Of a stretch of 64,000 bases of DNA, positions 58,730-64,000 are shown piece after piece. The first letter of the stretch is position 1, and every line of letters starts with the position of its first letter. The translations under genes and the position numbers were made by a program. Origin of the DNA: Lysobacterales bacterium (GTDB taxonomy: Bacteria; Pseudomonadota; Gammaproteobacteria; Xanthomonadales; SZUA-5); assembly GCA_022844165.1 (NCBI GenBank), contig JALHMH010000022.1:13910-77909 (forward strand), in the 5' to 3' direction. The notes below the pieces were generated by a model. It was not told the origin of the DNA, ran no database searches, and was given only the letters and a program-made list of their open reading frames with translations.

Positions 58730-59355
58730 GACAGGTCGAACCTCACGCGCTGGGTGGCCCACACACGCACGTTCTCGCCGCGGTAGCTGGCCGGTTCGAA
58801 TTTCCAGGTCTGGACGCCGGCGATGGCGACCTCATCGAACACGCCAGCAGGCTGGGCTTCCAGCACCCTGACCCGCTCGACCTGGCCGGTGGGTCCGATC
58901 AGCACGCTGAGCAACACATAGCCGGTCACGCCTTGAGCACGCGCGCGCGGCGGATAGTTCATGGGCGTTTGCAGGATCGGGCGAGGCGCGACATCGACCG
59001 TGTCGTCGGTCATGACAACATCGCTGCTGTCGCCGAGGATGTCGCTGCCAAGTCCAAGCTCGTTGGCGTCGAAACCTGGCAAGCCGAAGTCGAGTCCTGA
59101 GAGTCCGCTATCCAGGCCGACAATCGGCGCGGGCGCACTGCGCTGGGGCGGCCTGCGCGGCGGTTCGGGGCGACGCACCGGCTCGGCGGCCGGCGGCTTC
59201 TCGCGTTTGACCACTTCGATCGAACTGAAAGCATCACCATCTTTGCCGTCGGGCTGTTCGAAGGGCCGGTTCATGAACAGCGCCAGGCCCAGCACCAGTG
59301 CGGTACCGACTGCGGATGCGGCCAGGCCGGTCAGGCGTGGATCGCGCAGGCGCAT
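58726..59355 (-). CDS. tonB: Energy transducer TonB
   Basis: N-terminal TM, Pro-rich linker, YPPRARAQGVTGYV, WKFEP. Confidence 0.92.
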   Translation of the reverse strand: MRLRDPRLTGLAASAVGTALVLGLALFMNRPFEQPDGKDGDAFSSIEVVKREKPPAAEPVRRPEPPRRPPQRSAPAPIVGLDSGLSGLDFGLPGFDANELGLGSDILGDSSDVVMTDDTVDVAPRPILQTPMNYPPRARAQGVTGYVLLSVLIGPTGQVERVRVLEAQPAGVFDEVAIAGVQTWKFEPASYRGENVRVWATQRVRFDLS

Positions 59356-59768
59356 CAGCCCTCCCCGGCTTCGGCGACTGTGGCCACACCAACGTCTTCC
59401 GCGCCGGCAAGACGAGCTGCGTCGACCACGCGGATCAGCTTCTCGGCCGGTACCTGGTCGTCGGTGATGACCAATACCGATTTCTGCGTCATGCCCTTCA
59501 ATTGATCGCGCACACGCGATTGGATCACCCACTCGCGCACCGGCTCGCCGTCCAGGTAGGTCTCGCCCTGGCGATCGATGTACAGGCGAACGGCCTTGGT
59601 CGATGCCACCACCTGAGTCTGCGCAGCCGGACGATTGATGTCGAGCTTCATGTCTTTGACGAAGGTCGTCGAGACCATGAAGAAGATCAGCAGGATGAAG
59701 GTCATGTCGATCATCGGGGTGAGATCGACGGCGGCCTCGGGGGGTTTACTCTGGCGACGACGCAACAT
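59355..59768 (-). CDS. exbD: Biopolymer transporter ExbD
   Basis: DLTPMIDMTFILLIFFMV. Confidence 0.94.
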   Translation of the reverse strand: MLRRRQSKPPEAAVDLTPMIDMTFILLIFFMVSTTFVKDMKLDINRPAAQTQVVASTKAVRLYIDRQGETYLDGEPVREWVIQSRVRDQLKGMTQKSVLVITDDQVPAEKLIRVVDAARLAGAEDVGVATVAEAGEG

Positions 59769-59783
59769 GTTCGGGCGGCCTTG

Positions 59784-60440
59784 TCAGTTCGATGCCGGCG
59801 CAGCCGGCACATGGCGATGGTCGGCTTCGGGGTCGAAGCGGCTGATCAGCAGATCCTTGATTTGCGCGAGATCGAGTTCCAGCTGCTGCTGGCGGCGATC
59901 GAGGAGGAACTTGACAATCACGCCGGGCACGGCGACCACCAAACCCATCTGGGTGGTGAACAGGGCGGTGGCGATACCGGCAGCGATGCCGCCGCCCTGC
60001 GAAAAAAGGCTCATGTCGCCAAGCGAGCGAAAGGTCTCGATCATGCCGATCACGGTGCCGAGCAGGCCGAGCAGAGGCGCAATCGATACCACCGCCGTGA
60101 TCATCGCGGCATGTCGCTTGAGCTGACCGTCGAAGTCGCCAAAGGCTTCGTCGAGGTAGCGGCGCAAGTTCGGTCGCGGCTGTGCGCATACCACCATGCC
60201 GCGGACGATGGCCTGATCGACAATCCCGTCGGGCGCCTTCGCACGGCCGTCCGCATAACGCTTGATCAAAACCCGCACGTTTTTGTTGCTGCCGCGTTGG
60301 AGCAGCGCCCAGCGCGCACCAATCGCATACCAGAGCACGACCGCGCAGGCCACCAGCACCGGCATGACGAAGCCACCAGAGCTCAGGTAGGCACCTGTTG
60401 ATTCGAGGATGCCGCTGTCGGGGTCGAGTCCCAGGGCCAT
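59784..60440 (-). CDS. exbB: MotA/TolQ/ExbB proton channel
   Basis: APLLGLLGTVIGMIETF, GIATALFTTQMGL. Confidence 0.92.
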   Translation of the reverse strand: MALGLDPDSGILESTGAYLSSGGFVMPVLVACAVVLWYAIGARWALLQRGSNKNVRVLIKRYADGRAKAPDGIVDQAIVRGMVVCAQPRPNLRRYLDEAFGDFDGQLKRHAAMITAVVSIAPLLGLLGTVIGMIETFRSLGDMSLFSQGGGIAAGIATALFTTQMGLVVAVPGVIVKFLLDRRQQQLELDLAQIKDLLISRFDPEADHRHVPAAPASN

Positions 60441-60468
60441 GGCTGTCTGCCGTCCTTTCGCGCTCAGG

Positions 60469-61890
60469 TCAGGCGGCGTTGCGCGAAGGTGCGCCAGCGC
60501 GAACGTCCTGGTAGAGGTTCACGACCTTCAGCGCCGACTTCTCCATGTCGTCCTTGATGCTCTCGGCCCAGCCGTTCAAAAGGCTGCCAAACAGCAGTGC
60601 AGGAATCGCCACGATCAAGCCCTGCATGGTGGTCACCAGAGCAGTGGCGATGCCACCGGATAGCAGCTTGGGGTCGGAGGTGCCGAATTCGGTGATGACA
60701 TCGAAGGTCTGGATCATGCCGGTGACGGTGCCCAGCAGACCCAGTAGCGGTGCCACCGCGGCGATCATCAGGATGTAAGCGCCGAAGCGGTTCAGATGGG
60801 TCGACTCGTGCAGGATCGACTCCGACACGATGTCTTCCAGGTGCTCGCGATCGCGATCCAGATTGCGCAGCGTAGCGGTGACAACGCGCGCGGCCGAGCC
60901 CTTGAAGCGCTTGGCGACAGCGATGGCGTCGTCGATCCGGTGCGCGCGCACTGACTGCGCCACACCGTCCATGATGCTCTGGATGCTGGCGCCGGCACGC
61001 TGCAGGAACAGTGCGCGCAGAACCACCAGAATGCCGGCCGAGAGCCCCAGAAGCAGGATGATGTAGCCGATCGGCCCGCCCTTCTTCATCTCGTTGACGA
61101 AGGTCTTGTCTTCGGGATCGAGAACGGCGGTGTTGGCGTTCTCAAACAAATACGTCTTCAGGATGGCGGGCACCTGGTTTTGCGCCAGTGCCTGCGCGCT
61201 CTCTACAGCCGGATCTTTCCAGAGCCGGAACCGACCGCCGCCGGCGGGCACCAACGCGCCGCTACCCTGTTCGCTGACGCCGAACGCGGCGATGTTGCCG
61301 TAGCGAACAATCTGGCCCTGCACTTCGGTGCCGTCCGCAAGGAAGAACGCCCCGGCGTCACGTCGAATTTCACCCAGTGTTTGCAGTTGCGCGATACCTT
61401 GGTCGAACATGCCCTGCAGCTTGGCCAGTTCGTCCCGCGCAGCAAAATCGTCCGCCGACAACGACTCATTGCCGAAGCCGGCCAACGTGCTCCGGGCCTG
61501 GTCGAGGGTGGCATCAATGAAGCCGGCATTCTCAGCAAGCGCGAACGCGGCCTGCTCGATACGGGTCAGGTCCTCGGTCGCGGTCTCGGCTTCGGCACGC
61601 TCGCTGAACACGCGGTTTTCCAGCGCGGCAATTTCGCCTTCCAGGCGCGATTGCCGGCTCTCGGTCTGCTGCCGTATCTCGGCGATGCGCGCGGTGAGTT
61701 CGCGCTTCTGCGCTTCCAGCAGGGCGAATTCGCGACGGTACGCCTGTTCGACCGAAACGGTCGGCGCTGCTGGCGCGGCAGCAACGGGCGCAGCCGTCGC
61801 CGGGGCAGTGGCCGCTTCAGGCGTGGTGTTCTGGGCCAGCGCGGCGAACGGCATCAGGCCCAGCAGCAATAGAATAGAGAAGCGATTCAT
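60469..61890 (-). CDS. Long MotA/TolQ/ExbB protein with periplasmic coiled-coil N-terminus (TtpC-like)
   Basis: Signal peptide, coiled coil, GGPIGYII, APLLGLLGTVTGMI..DPKLLSGGI..ALVTT. Confidence 0.87.
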   Translation of the reverse strand: MNRFSILLLLGLMPFAALAQNTTPEAATAPATAAPVAAAPAAPTVSVEQAYRREFALLEAQKRELTARIAEIRQQTESRQSRLEGEIAALENRVFSERAEAETATEDLTRIEQAAFALAENAGFIDATLDQARSTLAGFGNESLSADDFAARDELAKLQGMFDQGIAQLQTLGEIRRDAGAFFLADGTEVQGQIVRYGNIAAFGVSEQGSGALVPAGGGRFRLWKDPAVESAQALAQNQVPAILKTYLFENANTAVLDPEDKTFVNEMKKGGPIGYIILLLGLSAGILVVLRALFLQRAGASIQSIMDGVAQSVRAHRIDDAIAVAKRFKGSAARVVTATLRNLDRDREHLEDIVSESILHESTHLNRFGAYILMIAAVAPLLGLLGTVTGMIQTFDVITEFGTSDPKLLSGGIATALVTTMQGLIVAIPALLFGSLLNGWAESIKDDMEKSALKVVNLYQDVRAGAPSRNAA

Positions 61891-62669
61891 CGGGCGGCTC
61901 CGGCGGCAACCAGCGGCAGTTCGAACCAGCCCTGGCGGATCTGCTTGCCCAGCGCATCGAACAGGGTGTTGATCTGCACTTGCTGGCTGGCATCAGTGAG
62001 TTCAACAAAGGCCCAGCGGTCGGCCTGACGCTGGGCCTGACCGAGTCGGCCATCGCGGGTACGGAAGTACAGGATCATCGAGCCGAGCTTGGCAACATCG
62101 GCGAGCACGCGCTCGCCACCGAGATCGATCGTCTGCGTATGCAAGCTGTTATCGCGCGAAAGCCTGAACTCGTCCTCGAAGTAGGCCCACAAACGGTTTA
62201 CGCCACGTTGAGCCGGCACGCTGCCATTCTCGAGTTCAGCGCGGAACCGGTCTAACTCGCCGACGCGCTCGTCCACCTTGAAGGGCAAACCCGACTGGAT
62301 GTAGCTTTTTAGCGCTTCGATCGCACCGATGAGAGCCGGCCGCAGGTTATCACCACTGGCCCCGAGGGCCTCGATCTCGGTCTGTTTGGCAGCGAGCTTC
62401 TCTCTTGCTTCCCGAGCGGACAGGCTCTGGCGCTCGGCGCTGTTGGTCAATTCCGCTTTCTGCTGATTCAAGCCCGCCATGGTAACGCGCTGCTCTTCGC
62501 GCAGCAGATCCAGCTCGGCGTTGAGCTGCTCGACTTCGCCACGCAGGCGGATCAGCCCCTGGGCCAGGTCATCGGCTGCGTCCTTCGCCGGGACGGGTGC
62601 GGTCACCGCAAGACACAGCAGAGCGCTGGCGGCGAGTGCACGCGGACGAAACGCATAAGGGCGAGTCAT
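61887..62669 (-). CDS. DUF3450-like exported coiled-coil protein (TtpB-like)
   Basis: Signal peptide, coiled coil, LPFKVDER, KLGSMILYF; first gene of the TonB cluster. Confidence 0.78.
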   Translation of the reverse strand: MTRPYAFRPRALAASALLCLAVTAPVPAKDAADDLAQGLIRLRGEVEQLNAELDLLREEQRVTMAGLNQQKAELTNSAERQSLSAREAREKLAAKQTEIEALGASGDNLRPALIGAIEALKSYIQSGLPFKVDERVGELDRFRAELENGSVPAQRGVNRLWAYFEDEFRLSRDNSLHTQTIDLGGERVLADVAKLGSMILYFRTRDGRLGQAQRQADRWAFVELTDASQQVQINTLFDALGKQIRQGWFELPLVAAGAAR

Positions 62670-62725
62670 GAAGGCTCCGGAGAAAAAGGTAATACGCGGT
62701 GCAGAGTGCCCGCGACAGCACGAGT

Positions 62726-62770
62726 ACGCTACGACCGCACGATTGCGGTTTTATGACAGTGCAACGAAAG
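62726..62770 (-). promoter_or_regulatory. Pho box array with -10 element upstream of the TonB operon
   Basis: CTTTCGT-TGCA-CTGTCAT-AAAA-CCGCAAT (11-bp periodicity), then TAGCGT after 10 bp. Confidence 0.72.
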
Positions 62771-62980
62771 ACTCCTGCACCACGTCAGGCGAATGCTGGG
62801 ACAGCAAAAGCCAATGTCGCCCCGAGACCGTTCACGCCGATGACAAGATCCGCGTGCGCCGCCGCCTACGAGCCGAAAGACGCGGAAATGCGCCCAATTT
62901 GCTTCGGCGACACCACAATAGCTATGGCGTGTTGAGCAAAAAATGCGGATGCTTGGCGTGTCGTCATTGTGTGAATCACC

Positions 62981-63442
62981 ATGGGCATTTTCGATTTTGT
63001 GCGCGGCTTGTTGGGCGGCAACAAAAAGGATGATCGGCGTCTGCGTCCGAGAAGCTCAGTCAAACGCGGCACGCAGATTCTGGTCATCGACGACTCGACG
63101 ACCGTGGTCACCATGTTGCGGCGGATGTTGGAACAGAACGGCTACGAGCCGCTCGAAGCCTTCGATGCCGAAAGTGGTATTCAACTGGCGAAAGAGCATT
63201 TGCCCCGCGTGATTTTCCTCGACATCGTGCTGCCGGGCATGAACGGGTTTGCCGCGCTGCGCACACTGCGTCGCGACCCGCTCACAGCGGACATCCCGAT
63301 CATCATGATGAGCGGCAACGAACAGGCCACGGAGGAATTCTGGGCGCAGAAAATCGGCGCAGACGACTTTATGAAGAAGCCCTTCTCGCGCCCCGAAGTG
63401 TTCGCCCGCATTGAAAAACTGATGGCGCGGCGCAGCGGCTGA
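62981..63442 (+). CDS. Single-domain response regulator (PilH-like)
   Basis: LVIDDS, FLDIVLPGMNGF, DIPIIMMS, GADDFMKKPF. Confidence 0.9.
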   Translation: MGIFDFVRGLLGGNKKDDRRLRPRSSVKRGTQILVIDDSTTVVTMLRRMLEQNGYEPLEAFDAESGIQLAKEHLPRVIFLDIVLPGMNGFAALRTLRRDPLTADIPIIMMSGNEQATEEFWAQKIGADDFMKKPFSRPEVFARIEKLMARRSG

Positions 63443-63452
63443 GTCCAGATGA

Positions 63453-63567
63453 ATAGCGAGGCTTCGCCTCAGACGCACGAGCATTGCTGGCTTCACTCGG
63501 CAGCGTGCTTGCCACACAGAGAGCCATCCGCGAAGTTAAACGTTGCAGGCTCCATCAAGGACTCTAG
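63453..63567 (-). repeat. Short copy of repeat family R
   Basis: Reverse complement CTAGAGTCCTTGATGGAG...GAAGCCAGCAATGCTCGTGCGTCTGAGGCGAAGCCTCGCTA. Confidence 0.85.
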
Positions 63568-63728
63568 TGTGGTGTCCCAGAAATAAGTTGAACTAAATTT
63601 CCGATGGATTTCGGTCCGAGGCAAGGCGAGAGAAGGAGCCATAGCAGCGCTATGGCGACGACGAACAACGCAGCATTCGGGTCGAAAGACGCGGAAATTG
63701 TTCACCTTACTTTTGGGACACCACATTG
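63565..63728. mobile_element. MITE-like element A (about 35-bp imperfect TIRs, IS630-like ends)
   Basis: TAGTGTGGTGTCCCAGAAATAAGTTGAAC versus GTTCACCTTACTTTTGGGACACCACATTG. Confidence 0.75.
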
Positions 63729-63885
63729 GCACGATGTTGAGAAACGCACTTCCTGTGCGTTTCTCAAGTCGCGAGTCCGGCACATGTCCGGACTCGCTCT
63801 CCATGGATCAAGCACTTACGTGCTCGACCCATGTGCGAACCATCCATGGTTCGCGCCCGCAGCCTGTTTCTCAACAGCCTGCTAG
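63727..63885. mobile_element. MITE-like element B (19-bp imperfect TIRs, IS5/IS1182-like ends)
   Basis: TGGCACGATGTTGAGAAAC versus GTTTCTCAACAGCCTGCTA(G). Confidence 0.65.
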
Positions 63886-63930
63886 TATGGTGTCCCAAAA
63901 ATAACTACCATTAAATAGTAATCAATTTCC
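63883..63930. mobile_element. Start of another element-A-type end; any partner would lie beyond the window
   Basis: TAGTATGGTGTCCCAAAAATAA matches 63565-63586 at 20 of 22 positions. Confidence 0.65.
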
Positions 63931-64000
63931 CTGCCGCACGAGCTACCGCTTCGATGATCGCATCGGCGCTCTTGCGCCAGATGAAGGGCTTGGGATTGGC

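Noticed and set aside
9114-58786. Long antisense ORFs (e.g. 9114-10499, 17489-18778, 29085-30323, 52317-53837, 57530-58786)
   Set aside because: Typical stop-poor shadows of real genes in high-GC DNA, with no recognisable motifs.
63493-63904. Small ORFs at the right end as transposase genes
   Set aside because: No DDE or HUH motifs; they are read-throughs of MITE-like sequences.

Overview
GC-rich bacterial chromosomal window, probably a Xanthomonadales-type gammaproteobacterium (inferred from gene content and order). Most of it is housekeeping: ybdL-yafV, the frr-uppS-cdsA-dxr-rseP-bamA-skp-lpxD-fabZ-lpxA-lpxB-rnhB cluster, gap, ilvA, ubiH-ubiI, hflKC, fluC, rarA and miaB-phoH-ybeY. Many secreted hydrolases are interspersed (M3, S1 and S9 peptidases, an ExeM-like nuclease, a cell-wall hydrolase, beta-helix proteins). 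The strongest candidate for an undescribed system is a three-gene minus-strand unit at 47255-50130. It encodes two different, highly divergent Ku-like proteins followed by a compact ATP-dependent DNA ligase with a WGR-like C-terminal domain, suggesting a non-canonical end-joining module with a possible heterodimeric Ku. The Ku and WGR calls rest on by-eye alignment only. Other signals: (1) Pho boxes in front of a TonB2-type (ttpB-ttpC-exbB-exbD-tonB-ttpD) plus TBDR operon, a secreted beta-helix protein and, more weakly, the nuclease; (2) a short [LV][FL]xxGFE motif shared by three unrelated secreted proteins; (3) several families of transposase-less miniature elements bounded by CTAG-like tetramers, chained end to end at 63453-63930; (4) a GNAT pseudogene. 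No rRNA, tRNA, CRISPR array or intact transposase was recognised. All calls are from motif recognition; no searches were run.
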